A DNA stretch of 64,000 bases from NCBI GenBank assembly GCA_040954595.2, contig CM082588.2, positions 4,838,156 to 4,902,155 of the forward strand, in the 5' to 3' direction. This DNA comes from Balanoglossus misakiensis (Eukaryota > Animalia > Hemichordata). A program made the translations under genes and the position numbers. Numbering within the stretch: the stretch's first letter is position 1; each line of letters opens with the position of its first letter. This document shows, piece by piece, positions 28,573 through 41,469 of the stretch. Below the pieces are notes generated by a model. It was not told where the DNA came from and did not search any database. It saw only the letters and a list, made by a program, of their open reading frames with translations.

Positions 28573-29325
28573 GAGCTAGTGTACGCAGTAGAATCGTACA
28601 GAAGCATTACCACTGTTGCAATGTGTTAGGGTCTTCTGGTGCCCCTGGACGTACCAATAGTTACCAAGCATGATTTTTAATTAGCTTTGAGTCAATTTGA
28701 AGATGTCTGAAAAATATCTTTTCATCAACCCTGTTCTTGGGTCACCAGTGAGCTTGTAGAGTCAGTGAGAAGGGTAACCGGTATATACTAGTATAGCACA
28801 GATCTATGATTGTACAATAAATATATATAATAGGGGTCAGTAGCAACTTATTTTAATGATTTCAGTTTCATGCTTAGGTTATCTCATACCACTGTACTGT
28901 TTGTGTTACTACAATCGTGTATAAGAAATGTAGAGATAAATAATCAGTCCCATGGGGATTGAAACTGTAGCAATGTATATAAACCATGTACATGTATATT
29001 TGTAGATGAAAATAAATGAAACTTATACTTTAAGAGACTTTGTCCATTGTTTTTAATTAATTACAGTGCAACCAGTGATTATAAACTTCTTATGTAATGA
29101 CTGACTGATTTTTTATAATTGCCAAACAGTGATATTCAAAGTGGATGATGATCATTTGTCATAATTGGTTCACAGAAGTGAAATTCAGTCGTTTGGTTAA
29201 ATTTCCGATACTAAACAATCAACGTCTGGAGGATCCATAATGTAACCCCAATGTTGGACATACTACATGCTCGAGAACATATCATAACACTCCACATAAC
29301 GGGTAAACACAAGATTTTTTTAGTT

Positions 29326-29420
29326 TGGCCAATCGGCGGAAGTGACGCAAAACTGGGGATACCCTCTACTCGAAAGTGAGGCTGAATGGGAAATCACTGA
29401 CACTGCTGGTCACTTCCCTG
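29326..29420 (+). promoter_or_regulatory. Housekeeping-type promoter of MLYCD (CCAAT, ETS CGGAAGT, TGACG half-CRE)
   Basis: ggccaatcggcggaagtgacgc at about 29327-29348 and cacttcc at about 29411, upstream of ATG 29487. Confidence 0.5.
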
Positions 29421-29486
29421 TCTGGAGGTGATAAATGGTCTACGATAGATTATTCTCCTATTTTGATTGTACCAACAAGCCTTTAA

Positions 29487-32400
29487 ATGATTAGTCGAAC
29501 ATTTAACGCGTTGCAGGTAAGTCTTTTAAGCCTCGATCAAGTTTTGCTGGAAAGTTTCGGGGGCCACACTGCACTACACCCCGCCGGCGGCCATAGACAC
29601 GTCTGTGAATATTTGAAAACGTGCGAGATGTGGGCAATAGGAAGAAACTTCCATGCCGAAAATAAATGTTCTGTTGACATAAAACTCAATGATCCAAAAG
29701 GTAGTGTCGTCGTACGAATGCCTGAGTTTTTATAGAGTGCTAAACTGATAGTGTAACACAAGGGGGCGTGTCCATAGTGGGCGTGGCAGACAAGATAAGT
29801 CTAGGTCGCGATCGTCCACGTGGGTTTCTGTCGAGTTATGAATAATTTTTCTGCAGTAATACATAGTGGAAAGTGTGGTAGTCAGTGTGTATATGGGTAA
29901 AGCAAATTAACATACACAATGTAGTATCTACCCAAATCTTTGTAATAACGACCCAGCCAAATATGTTTGAATTGGGCACGTGTAGGCTGTGTAAGCTATC
30001 TCAGTCTGATGGCAAAAATGATAAAATATAATATATTTGTAATATCCATGTACAGGCCGGTGGGCAGATTCTGCAAGCCAGTGCCTGCTCCACATTCCTG
30101 AGACCAATGTTGTCCTGCACGAGTGGAATGTCCAGCAGTGCCCAGCAGCACGAGAGAATCCACAGCACTCTGGAAGAGGTCCGCACTGCCATGATGGAAT
30201 CTGTAGGCGGGTCCGGAAAAGAACTCGTTCCTTCACTGCCAGAGGTGAGTCAGTGATTGTGGTAGTAGGGAGTCAGTGGGTAGTGGGTCAATTGCCAATG
30301 ATCTTCTAATCACATGGCCAGTGTCTGTATTTACTGTATCAATCCTCGATTTCATTCCAGTCTCACACAAGAGAAGTCTGTGGATTCTATCACGATCTGG
30401 ATTTCTCTGGAAAGTATGAGTTCCTGTCGGTGCTGGCCAAAGATTTCAACGTGGACCATGAAACTATACTGAAGGCCACAGAAAACCTGCACATGGCACA
30501 GGTATGTAGAGGTACTCTATACATTGGGTAGCTATATTCCCCTGTTTGGAGGGACTTTTGGGTAGTGCTACAGTGCAAAATGTTTCATTGCTATTTTTTA
30601 TGTGGTCAAAAGTATAGTTAATGTAGTACTGTATTTGATAACAATTGTCCCTTGTCTTCACAGGAAAAGGGGGAAGGCGCACTTCTACAGGCGGAGAATC
30701 GACTACGCCAGGTGTTACAGCCACAATATGGTAAACTGTTTGCCCAGATTGGACGTATCCAGAGTGGCATGAAATTTCTGGTGGATTTGAGGGCCGATTT
30801 GTTGGTACGTATTTGAGAGATGGAGCGAATTTGTCCAATCATAAAGGATATAGACACTGGTCATTCTTGTGATCAGAATTCACTATTGTTATAATGGATG
30901 ACTCATTTGCTTTTGTGTGATGTCGTTGCAGGATATTCTGGGAAGTCAGAAGGAGCATGATAACCCGTACTTGAAGTCGATGAATTCAACGCTCCGTGAA
31001 ATGCTGTCACACTGGTTCTCAGCAGGTCTGATGAACCTACAGAGGATAACATGGCATTCGTCTTGTGATATCTTGCAAAAGGTATGTTTGTGTACATGCT
31101 CAATAAAAGGACAATTAATTTAGACAGAGTTAAAAAATCTTTTCCCCAGAATTTCTTCAAGAACATGTATACCGATAAACTGACCAACATTTTCTGCCAC
31201 AGATAAGTGAATATGAAGCTGTACATCCCGTTCGTAACTGGGCCGACTTGAAGAGACGTGTGGGTCCCTACCGAAGGTGTTTTGTCTTCACTCACAACAG
31301 TATGCCGCGTGAACCCGTGGTGGTGCTACACACCGCTCTGACCGAAGAGATCTCCAACAGCATACAGGTCAGTAGAGATTGTTGCACGTACATTTTCAGT
31401 GTCTAGCTATTTTGAGATATTAACCTGAAGTTGCTAGCTACAGCATTATCCCTAACGCTGCCAGGTCAGTATGAACTGGTTTGATTTCCAGGGTGCCTAG
31501 AATCCGGGCTCCCAGGCCCGTTAGGCTGCCAAGTGTGTGTTAATCAGTAGGGCCTATACATGACCCTCAGACCAATACAGTACAAACCAGTACGATTTGG
31601 TACATTTTTCAGGGGGCTCAGACTGCCAAGTGTGTCTAAGTACATATGAGAGCCATGTCAAGACAGTCAAAATACGTTTCAGAAGAAAAAGTGGCAAATA
31701 CGTATTTTAAGGGACTTGACACTCTAACCAGATATGACCCCCGGTAGCAATAGGGTTAAAAGGTCTAAAGTGCATGTGTTCATGTTTCCTCCAGGCAATT
31801 GTGAGAAGCAGAAGCTTTGAAGGATCTGGGGTTGTGAATTCCATGGGCGAGTCGGTGGAAGATCCAGAGAAAGCCAGCACAGCCATCTTTTATTCCATTT
31901 CTTCATCTCAAAAAGGTATGTTTTCTTATTATGTGTATTATGGGTGTCCCTGGCAGTCATCCAACCACTAACACAAGTCGAAGTGTTTCTGTCCAGCCTG
32001 AGAAGTTCAGTGAAAAACATGAATGTAAATATTGTCTTTGTTTAGGATTACAGGGTGTGGACCTTGGCAACTATCTGATAAAGCAAGTTGTCAAGGAACT
32101 GATCACAGAATTTCCCAAGATGCATCAGTTTTCCAGCCTGTCTCCTATCCCAGGATACCGCGAGTGGTTGCTAGGGGAGATTCATAAAGAGTTAAAAGGT
32201 CAGATCATGATGATATTGAAATACAATATGTGATTGCTTTTGAACTTTGTTTAAAAATTTTACTGCAATGACTGCAGTTTAATGTATTATAAAAATGTAT
32301 TTGATATATTTTGTTAGATATTTTTATTATGGTCTTGGAAACTAGCTGACACATGTTCAGGTTACATCAGTTTCAGTTTCTGTGTCAGCTACTAATATTG

Positions 32401-33818
32401 TTGTCTTTTGCTGCAAAGAGTTGGTTTTTCTCGGTGTTTGTGAATGAAAACATCATGAACATGTGGGCATGCTGGACAATTGTGTAGCAGTAACTCACGG
32501 CAGTCATTCATCTAACTCATGCACAGGTGACCAGCCAAACAGCATGCTATTTACAGAAACTGAGCTGAAATCTGTGATGGACATTTACCAGAGAGCTGAC
32601 AGACAACCACTCGACGTTATCAGGAAGTTGCTGCTGACCAATGATTGGATGCAGTCCACAAAGATGATCGCTCTGCTGGAACGCCCACTGATGAGATTGT
32701 GCGCACGCTACCTCTACCTTGAGAAGAGAAGAGGATACGCCCTCAACCCAGTGGGTGAGTACTTTATGGGTATACTAGAACCCAGAGGTTTACTTAGTCA
32801 GGTACTTAAAGGACTCTCTCAACTTTAAAGGAAACTCTGGTTACAAAAACTGTATACTGTCAATGCCATGAGGCAGTGTGCTGTCCTAACAACAGACAAG
32901 ATGGCAGCGACCATAGTCTGTGTTGGAGATCAGGAAAAGACAGAAAACTGGGTGAAAAGAAGGGACAAAACTGAAAGTCTACTTACACTGTGTACTGTGT
33001 TTGTACACACGAAATTACACACATGCGCATAAGAAGATCATTGGCTGTGAAGCAAGTGGTGGTGTTACCTGTCACTTCCAACCAAGTGGTGTGATACAAT
33101 CTTGGTATACTCTCGACACACTTTGATCTGTCTGTTTGAAATGCCAGTATTGAAATGCTAGCAGTTTCTGCTTAGGAAAATTCCATGACATTGTGGAATG
33201 AAACACGAAGGAAATACAGGCACGGTATGAAAAGGCTTCAATACATTCACCCCCTGTTCCCATTGTAAAGGTCCAAACTTTACCATAGAAAACAGCTGAT
33301 TTGGACTAAACCAAACAGGTGAAAGGGTTAAAGGTACACAGTCCCTCCAATTTACATATATCCACAAATGGCAAAAATGGCCTATCTGAGTGTTCTAAAG
33401 AACATATGATTGCGCTCTCTTTCTCGCGTGTGCCTCCCACTGAAAATATGTGATTGGCTGGATCTCAGTTTTCCATGGTAGGTGTAGCTAAATTTCCATC
33501 GGTGACAGTATACCTAGGTTTTCTGCCGGTTCCGTTGCTGTAAGGAAAATTTGACATTCTTAGTCTCATTTTCCTGCAGCCAACTTCCACCTGAGAAACG
33601 GAGCCGTGATGTGGCGCATCAACTGGCAGGGTGACGTCTCGCCTCGCGGTGTGACTGCCTCCTGCGGCATCATGGTCAACTATCGCTACTTCCTGGAGAA
33701 CACCGACCGCAACAGTCGTCGCTACGTGGAGGAACACCGCATTGAGGCGTCGCAAAGCGTTCTGGACTTGGTGGCACAGTATACGAGCAAGACTGTTCCT
33801 CCCACCAGTAACCTTTGA
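29487..33818 (+). CDS. MLYCD: Malonyl-CoA decarboxylase, 10 exons, about 518 aa
   Basis: Phase-consistent exons 29487-29516, 30056-30244, 30361-30501, 30664-30804, 30932-31081, 31203-31367, 31795-31915, 32046-32198, 32527-32754 and 33580-33818. Motifs [88 protein letters not shown] and [10 protein letters not shown]. Confidence 0.97.
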
Positions 33819-36800
33819 GATGCAATCCTCCAAATTTGTCAAAAAATCGTCCCATATTCTGTTGTTCTCTATTGCTGTGTTGCCAACACTGCCTAGAGAC
33901 TTCACTGGGAAAGATCATGACTGATATTATGCTAATTTTCGGCACTGGTGAATGTGAATAATGCCAAATTTGTCCTAGTTAAAATGATCTTCTAATATTA
34001 GAGTCCCTAGATCTTGTAAACAAAGATCCCAAATTCATCGCTATCTTTCTGTAGATTAACATACACAGTTACAATAGTATCTACTTCTCCTTCTCACACA
34101 TTTATCTTCAAGCTCAAAAGACTGTACCAAAGGTGGTTTTGCTCTGAATTTTAGACACAAATGTCTCTTGTCTCCACTTACTGCAGATCAGTGTCTCTTT
34201 TGGCGATGTATGTTGGCCGACTAGGATGACAGATTGTAGTTCTGTATTCTTTTCCCATCAACTCTCCGTTCAAATGCAACGGCATTCATCTGTTAGCTAA
34301 CTTTGCGAGTACCGGTACTGATTAATCATGTTGTCTTGGTGTGTGGTAATCATAGAGACTCAAACACTCACAAGATGCAGATTTAGATATCAAGGCTTTT
34401 TTTTCCTTTTGCTGATGTTTCAAACAAACCAGGAAGAATAGCAATGTTTTCTTCCCACCAGAAATACATGTTTGTGTGAGTGGGCACGTAAACTGTGTGC
34501 CATATACTTGCACTTCAATTACAGGTCTGATGAACTAGATTCACTAAAAATTATCAGAGATTGTAAATATGATAATCAGCTATTTTGTCTGTTAACAGCC
34601 TGTTATGACAAAGTGCAATAATGGTGTGTACATGGAGCAATGTTTTGCAAGAAATAAAGAATGATAAAAAGTCAAGTCTTGGTTTGTTGTAGCTACACCG
34701 CCCTCTATAGTTAATTGCTCGTGTCCTGTTGTTTCTTCGGTTAGCAGACGTCTGTAAATGAGCATCGTCCGGTCTGCACGGCTTGGTATAAGGAAGAGCC
34801 CTTCACAAAATAAACATAACTTGGACAGCGAAGATGATAAATTGGATGATATCCATGATATACACAACTGAAAGTTAATGTTTTCGTTTCATTTTGTCAA
34901 TCTTGTCAAATCGCCTCCCTCACTTTGCCGCATTGTACATCACTCATCATCTTCCTTCCGATAAATTGAAGGAAAGAGAAACAATATATTCTTGAACACG
35001 TGCCAGAGATCCATACAGCACATATGAGAGCATATGTGGAAATATATAGTCTTATATATCGAGAACGCTGGTCACATGGTTAATTCATCAATGTGTCTAA
35101 TTCTTTACAGGTTCATAGATAGACTTCTCCAGGACTCAGGAGGCTGGACTCTGACGCCTGTCAATCATAGGTATGTGCCACCATTAAATTAATCATGGTT
35201 AGGGCTACACCCCCGGGTTACTCCACAGTATAGCTGAAGTGCTATAGATGCACTTTCCCGTCTATTCGTGGCAAAACAAAGATATACCCAAACTTCGCCA
35301 AAATCCATCATTATGATCCTCATGCGTTGTATGTAGTGAAATCGACACGGTGCTTTGGGTGTCGATTCCCCCATGTGTCGTACGCAGTAAATTCCGGAAA
35401 TGGAAATAGTACTGTTAGAGGTGTATAAAGTGCCGGAAATTCTACCACGGAGAGAAGACTGTCTCTTTCTGTGGTCTGTGATTCCCCCGAGGCCGCAGTG
35501 CATGACACCGGCATTCCATTGAAAAGTGACCCCTGGTCTATTCACGAAACTGTCATGCTCAATAGATCACGCTCTATTGTCAGAGAGATCTACCCAAGCG
35601 TAGAACATTTGTAGCAGCTGGTTATATTTGGTTCCAACCGGTTCATTACTCAAGACATCGGCATGTTTGATTTACGTAAGGTCCTATGATCTATTCGATC
35701 AACAGTGCAGTCAAACCTGAAATTTTTATTTTAAAAGGAAGTGGTCGTTTCTGTAGCAGGAAAATTGGATTAGTGGGATATTTGCATTGAATTCATAATT
35801 CATTGATTTAAGTATATCGTGTTTCTTAGTGTTTAAACTCTGTGAGTAATATAACATCAATCCAGAATAACAAGCCGTAAAATCTTAGCATTGTTACAAG
35901 AGTAATTCTGTCTGTTCGCATATTAACCGCCCTTCAGCATAATGACAACGTCAACGCGAATTTAAAATTATGTTAGGTGCTTATTATCACCCATAATTTA
36001 AGAATTATGAGTCATACAAACACCATTACATATGTATGTCTGTCCTAGTTTACAGTAACGACACCAATATGAGATAATGGTATTCGTAGGACAAGATATG
36101 GGTTATCGTTGGACAATAACTTCATTTGATATCACGCATACATTACACTGTAATATGGTATTTCTGTACTGCTATAGAGCCAGGTTGTTCATCAAAGATG
36201 CACAATTTAGCGTAACCTCCCCAAAATCCATTGCGAGCCGCACATGCGCATAATTCTTCATGTGTATCATCCGGCTTCCTATTGTTACCTTTAAAGGTAT
36301 TTCTGTCATGACTAGTAGGTTATTAATTTATAACCATTCGTGGTCGATACTGACAAGTACAGACGGCATCGAGCTCGAGTCCCATATTTCATGCGTGCTT
36401 GATAAATTTAGGTGTTCGCGGTTAGGATTTCGACCAGAAGCTGTCGGCTTTGGTTAAGATCACTTGACGGTCAACTGTATATTTACCTGGTGACCCGAAA
36501 AGTCAAGGACATTATTTGTCTCCGATCCAAGCTGCGCCGGGTAACGTGCGCTCCCGGGTAACTGTGAGAGACTTAGTGCCGGGTAGAAAGAAAACCGTTT
36601 GTCGTGGACCGTGATTCGGGTATTAATGTAGTCTCTGCGACCTTCGGAGTCAAAGAGTGACAAGAACTGCATTGTTGGAGGATTTAATGAAGGCTAACGT
36701 GCGACAAAGAAAAATCGCTCTATATGCTAAGAGCTGAGCGGAATTTCCGGACCAGGAGGAGTGGCATGTATACCTTGGTTTGATGTGGATATTATATAGT

Positions 36801-36847
36801 GACATGTCTGTACACCTTTGCTGGAATTCGCGTGCAGTCTCTACAAC

Positions 36848-38113
36848 ATGAAAGCTTGTTGGAATCCGCTAGCGACCTTTGGACTAATTTGTGTGTTTTT
36901 GTGTGGGGTTGAATGCGTTGTCTTTGACTCAGAACCTGAGGACCAGACGCACACTTTCGAATCTGGCAGCGCCTTGACAGTTTCGTTTTACCTGGACTGC
37001 AAGGTTTCGTACCTGGGCGCCAACCGAAAGGTGTCGTGGTTTAAGGACGGTGTCATCGTCAGTGATGGATACCGTTTGCGCAGCGACCTCGAACACCTTA
37101 TCGACGTGAACAGGTATTCGATGAAACACCACGGCGCGCCGGACAGTAGGTTCGGACTGGTCGTGAACGACATCTCGGCGAGCACGGCGGCTTTCGACAG
37201 CGGCCAATACAGGTGTGCCGTCACGCGCAAGGATGACGTCGTTGTAGCAGACGGAAAGTCCCGGACGGCTGAACTGGCTGTGTACGTCACCCCGGGTGCG
37301 ATCTATCCTGTTTGCAGAGTGTCTGACCTGTCTGGGCGGGAACTGCCGACAGACCGTGGTGAGGTACGGCCAGTCAGGGCTGGGGAATCTCTGAAAATGA
37401 CTTGCGAGTCGGGGCCCTCGACTCCAGACGCTGACCTGTTCTGGTCCTTGGACCAACACGGTGTCTCGGAACAATTCGAGTCAGTGCGTGGTGGGGACAT
37501 ATTGACCAGTGAGTATATCTGGTCTGCACGGCCGGACGATGGCAACGTGAACGTCTTTACCTGTACCCTCCGTCACCCCGGCCTCCATTCGAACCGAACC
37601 TGCGACCTATTTTTCAACGTCGAATATAAACCAGTAGTGACAATGGATCGAACCCAAATAACCATCACAGACGCCGCAGAACCCGTGTCAATCAAGTGTG
37701 ACCAGACATCAAACCCTTCTTTCACGAACGTCACCTGGTATTATGACAGCTACGTCATCAATGACGACGACCGTTTCAGCATCCGAGGCCTCTCGCTGAA
37801 CATTTCACGCCTCAGCGCCCGCCGGAACAACGGAAACCACACCGTCACCTGCGAGGTGACCAACACCGTGGGGACGGGCAGTGCCAGCGCGGCGCTGACT
37901 GTGCAAATACCGCCCCCGTCGTTCACCGGATTGCCGGAGAAACTCCTGTCCGGGAGAGCCACGCTCATCCCGCCGCAGTCACCTTCAACACCGTCATGTC
38001 GATCGTGTCCCCACACAGGGAAAGTCGGTAGTGGCGCCCCCGCTTGTATCGGCTCACCACAATTACTTACCCTTTCATGGGTGCTGTGTTGTGTGTGGGT
38101 ATTCATTTCTTAA
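36848..38113 (+). CDS. IgSF receptor 1: signal peptide, 3 Ig domains (V, C2, I/C2), probable GPI-anchor signal; single-exon CDS
   Basis: Signal MKACWNPLATFGLICVFLCGVEC. Ig motifs LDCKV..VSWFK..DSGQYRC, MTCES..LFW..FTCTLRHP and IKC..WYY..VTCEVTN. The C-terminus GSGA...LLTLSWVLCCVWVFIS-stop leaves no cytoplasmic tail. Confidence 0.9.
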   Translation: MKACWNPLATFGLICVFLCGVECVVFDSEPEDQTHTFESGSALTVSFYLDCKVSYLGANRKVSWFKDGVIVSDGYRLRSDLEHLIDVNRYSMKHHGAPDSRFGLVVNDISASTAAFDSGQYRCAVTRKDDVVVADGKSRTAELAVYVTPGAIYPVCRVSDLSGRELPTDRGEVRPVRAGESLKMTCESGPSTPDADLFWSLDQHGVSEQFESVRGGDILTSEYIWSARPDDGNVNVFTCTLRHPGLHSNRTCDLFFNVEYKPVVTMDRTQITITDAAEPVSIKCDQTSNPSFTNVTWYYDSYVINDDDRFSIRGLSLNISRLSARRNNGNHTVTCEVTNTVGTGSASAALTVQIPPPSFTGLPEKLLSGRATLIPPQSPSTPSCRSCPHTGKVGSGAPACIGSPQLLTLSWVLCCVWVFIS

Positions 38114-38687
38114 ATTGAAAACAAAAGAATCACAGGACATACATTTCTTTCTGTATAGACCACCCGAGAAGGAAATTAATCATTTATAACCAACCGACGC
38201 GATTTCTGGAGGCATACTGAGCCTCAGGAACAGATCTTTAAACTTTAGAAGCATCAGTGGAGTGCTTTGATTTTGGCTTTCCCAAGAAAATCAACAATTT
38301 TTAAAATGGAAAAAAATGCTGTGTTTTGTCGAATATTTTTGTCCGTCGTTTTGTACATGCCATTTTGATGATTTCAGCAATGATCACGATTTTCGAAGTA
38401 ACTTGGGCCTTGTTGAAGGCGATAGCTGCCCGGCCATCTCCTACAGCACTCAGTTGCGCACTGCCGTCCTTGTAGGATCGATTTTACACGCAAGCCATGA
38501 TGGCCATTTGAGGATATAATACCACAGCTGACTATAATCATGTTTTTTTTCTCGAGGGTCTATGCTATAATCCGCTATAAAAGAGAAAGTGGCGGTTGTC
38601 TTTTTGTCTTTTAGAGTTTATTTGTTTGGGAGAAGGTCATGTGGATTAAAGTTTATTCCTTGACACGTGGAGTGGGCTTAACCGTTT

Positions 38688-38780
38688 GAGAGAGAGGGGG
38701 AAGAGCGAGAGAGAGGGAGAGTGACAGACAGACTGTCAGAGACAGAGATAGACAGAGAGAGACACACACAGAGGGAGACA
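38688..38780. repeat. (GA)n/(GACA)n low-complexity microsatellite
   Basis: gagagagagggggaagagcgagagagagggagagtgacagacagactgtcagagacagagatagacagagagagacacacacagagggagac. Confidence 0.8.
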
Positions 38781-39103
38781 TATATGTCTACAGGCAGTGC
38801 ATTGACGGCAACTGTTATTGTGAGCTACATGTGCACAGTGAATGCTGAATGGAAAACGCCCGCACCGCCTGGGTTGAACTTTGACACTTACAATGCGTAT
38901 ATGGTACTCCAAAAGCAAATAATTGTTCATAGTACAATGCATTACATTACACGAAGGTCTTGTCGAAAGCCTGGCAACACAGACCAAACATATAAGAGTG
39001 AAGTGCCCGTTGAGCTATAAGAAAGTTGCTTGCATGCACGGTTCATGGAACAAGAGTCCGGACAAATTGTTTGGCGGCTTTTATATAGAGGTGTCCCAAC
39101 AAC

Positions 39104-40399
39104 ATGAACTGTCCGTGGCTTACGGCGTTGTGTGTTGGGCTCCTGCAGAGTTGGCTGTGGAGCCCGGGGTGTGTCCTAGGGATTGACTTCGTCGTACAGC
39201 CGCAAGACGTAAACATGGTTTATCCACACTGGAACGGCACGACCGCAGATTCTCTTGCGCTCCGTTGCCAAGTCCACTCGCTCGAACCGGACCAAACGGT
39301 GTCCTGGTTTAAAAACGGGGAAGTCGTCAGCAACGGCGACAACTTCACGGGCGACGTTACTCACCTCATTGATGCGGACAGGTATGAACTTCTGTCGAAC
39401 AATACGCAGTTCATGTACTCCTTGCTAATTAAAGACATTGCGCCAGATACGACAGGATTCGACAGTGGCCACTACAATTGTGCTGTGACGTCAACACAGA
39501 ATGGCAGTGTGGTACCTGAGGGCACATCGAGAACAGCTGTCGTGTACATCTGTATCATGGTGCCTCCACCCTACCCTGAGTGCAGACTGAGCGATTCACT
39601 TGACCGGGACATTCAGTTGAATCCAGACGTGCCTGTCCGAGTTGGGGAGGACTTCACTCTCTCCTGTCTCTCTGGACCATGCGCCCCGGTTGATGAATTA
39701 TTATGGTCGCGTGATGATCAAACTGCTGCTTTGCCGGTATCAGACCACGGAGAGAACGCCGATGGTGTATTCTATGCCTCGTATCGATGGAGTCCATCGC
39801 TGACGGATGGATCATCTTTGACGTTCACATGCAGTCTTCGTCATTCTGGGCTGGCATACGCCAAAACGTGTTCGGTAAGCTTCGACATCCAGTACGTTCC
39901 CATGGCGGTCGTTGAGCCACGTGAGGTTCTAGTTCAAGAAGAGAACGGCCAAGTTATCCTGCATTGTTTCCAAGATGCGAATCCGCCAGTGACTGCTCCT
40001 GTCTGGTATTACGACAGCAGAGCAGTCAATGACAGCGGTCGGTTTAGCTTGGAGGGAATGTCTCTTCGCATTCGGGCGTTTGGACCACGGGAGAACGGCG
40101 ACCACGTCGTTCAGTGTCAGCTGACGAACGACATCGGAACATCCACCGCCAGTGCCACCGTGAAGGTGGACATCCGGGACCCGACGGAGCAACCGTCGAC
40201 GCAGCAGTGGGAGAGAAATAACACGACCACCAAATATCTACCGGAGACAACACAGCCAGGCAGAGCAACATTTGAAGATCATTCGGACATCACCATTGGC
40301 ATAGTGGTGGTTCTATTCATAATAATCGTCATTCTGGTGTTTGTCGTCTGGCACGAGAAGAGCATGAAGCCGAATCGTCGTGTTGGTCATTACCAATAG
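39104..40399 (+). CDS. IgSF receptor 2: signal peptide, 3 Ig domains, TM helix, 15-aa tail; single-exon CDS
   Basis: LRCQV..VSWFK..DSGHYNC, LSCLS..LLW..FTCSLRH and LHC.QDANP..WYY..VQCQLTN. TM ITIGIVVVLFIIIVILVFVVW; tail HEKSMKPNRRVGHYQ. Clear paralogue of receptors 1, 3 and 4. Confidence 0.9.
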   Translation: MNCPWLTALCVGLLQSWLWSPGCVLGIDFVVQPQDVNMVYPHWNGTTADSLALRCQVHSLEPDQTVSWFKNGEVVSNGDNFTGDVTHLIDADRYELLSNNTQFMYSLLIKDIAPDTTGFDSGHYNCAVTSTQNGSVVPEGTSRTAVVYICIMVPPPYPECRLSDSLDRDIQLNPDVPVRVGEDFTLSCLSGPCAPVDELLWSRDDQTAALPVSDHGENADGVFYASYRWSPSLTDGSSLTFTCSLRHSGLAYAKTCSVSFDIQYVPMAVVEPREVLVQEENGQVILHCFQDANPPVTAPVWYYDSRAVNDSGRFSLEGMSLRIRAFGPRENGDHVVQCQLTNDIGTSTASATVKVDIRDPTEQPSTQQWERNNTTTKYLPETTQPGRATFEDHSDITIGIVVVLFIIIVILVFVVWHEKSMKPNRRVGHYQ

Positions 40400-41469
40400 G
40401 AAATGGGGAAACTGTGACTTTGAATGCCACGACGGCGGTACTCGGTATAACACCAAATATGGAAAATCTCAGGTATCTATTTTCCGAGGATGAGGCAGAG
40501 CCAATCAGAGCGCGCGATACACACGCCATTCCCCATGCTGAGCGAAAAAACGTCCAGGATCTACTCGGGAATTCCAATGGAATATTGTCTCCAGCTCATA
40601 GCCAAGTTTTGACTTGTCAGACATTTCTGATCCGTTGATTGAACACACATGGTACTAGAGTTTCATATTGGAGATATTTATTTTAACAGATCAGAAAAAA
40701 ATCAGCGAAAGCACATCCAATTACCACCATGAATATTTAAGCAAAAATCAAAGCTTCTAGTCCAACCATTAAATCAGGCCCATAGCCATCTTCCCTGTGA
40801 TCAATGTAAAGAAGCAAAGTAATAAACACATACAGTTCTTTATTTTACCCTGTCAGAATCAACCCCACTCTTTCATTAGAGTTAATTTAAAATAATTAAG
40901 CAGAGGCACCCGGGGCCATTATATCCCGTTACCATGGCGCCCTCTTCCTCGGATGCCATCTTCGTAATAATTGGTCCAGTTACCGAGACCGCCGTAAATA
41001 CAGCGATCGCCAGTCTGTTTGTAAAAGAATTGAAATATAAACATGAGCGTGTGAGTTAGGGCCACGCCCTGGGGTACCCTGTGAAGAGTGTGGAAGGACA
41101 CCAGCAGAGACCACACAGCAGGCGCACACAGCGATTGTTTCGCTTCAAAGTATAGCAACAAATGAAAGCCTAGTGGTGTATGGTTAAATTTAATACATAG
41201 AATGTGCTGGTATAAGAGCGATGCCTTATATAGAAATAACGGGACACAAATATATTCAGATCTAAGGCTCAGAAAATCACAATTGGTATGCCTCTCAACC
41301 ATCTGGTGCAGATTGTTCGAAAATATTTACAGGTATATTGTTGAGATACAGATTTTCCGTTAAAGGCGGCCATACCAACTGCTGGACATTGCAGCTTCTA
41401 CCCAAAATGCTCTCACGTCATACATGTACTAGTATTAAGCGTAGTGTGTGAATTATTTTTCAATACTTA

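Noticed and set aside
31419-33345. TTAA-bounded MITE-like fragments in MLYCD introns (..agggttaa, ttaaagg..)
   Set aside because: Matching left and right termini could not be paired reliably by eye.
40919-41015. Reading TGDRCIYGGLGNWTNYYEDGIRGRGRHGNGI as a coding last exon of the peptide gene
   Set aside because: The donor phase gives TA+A = stop, and the frame is not conserved in copy B.
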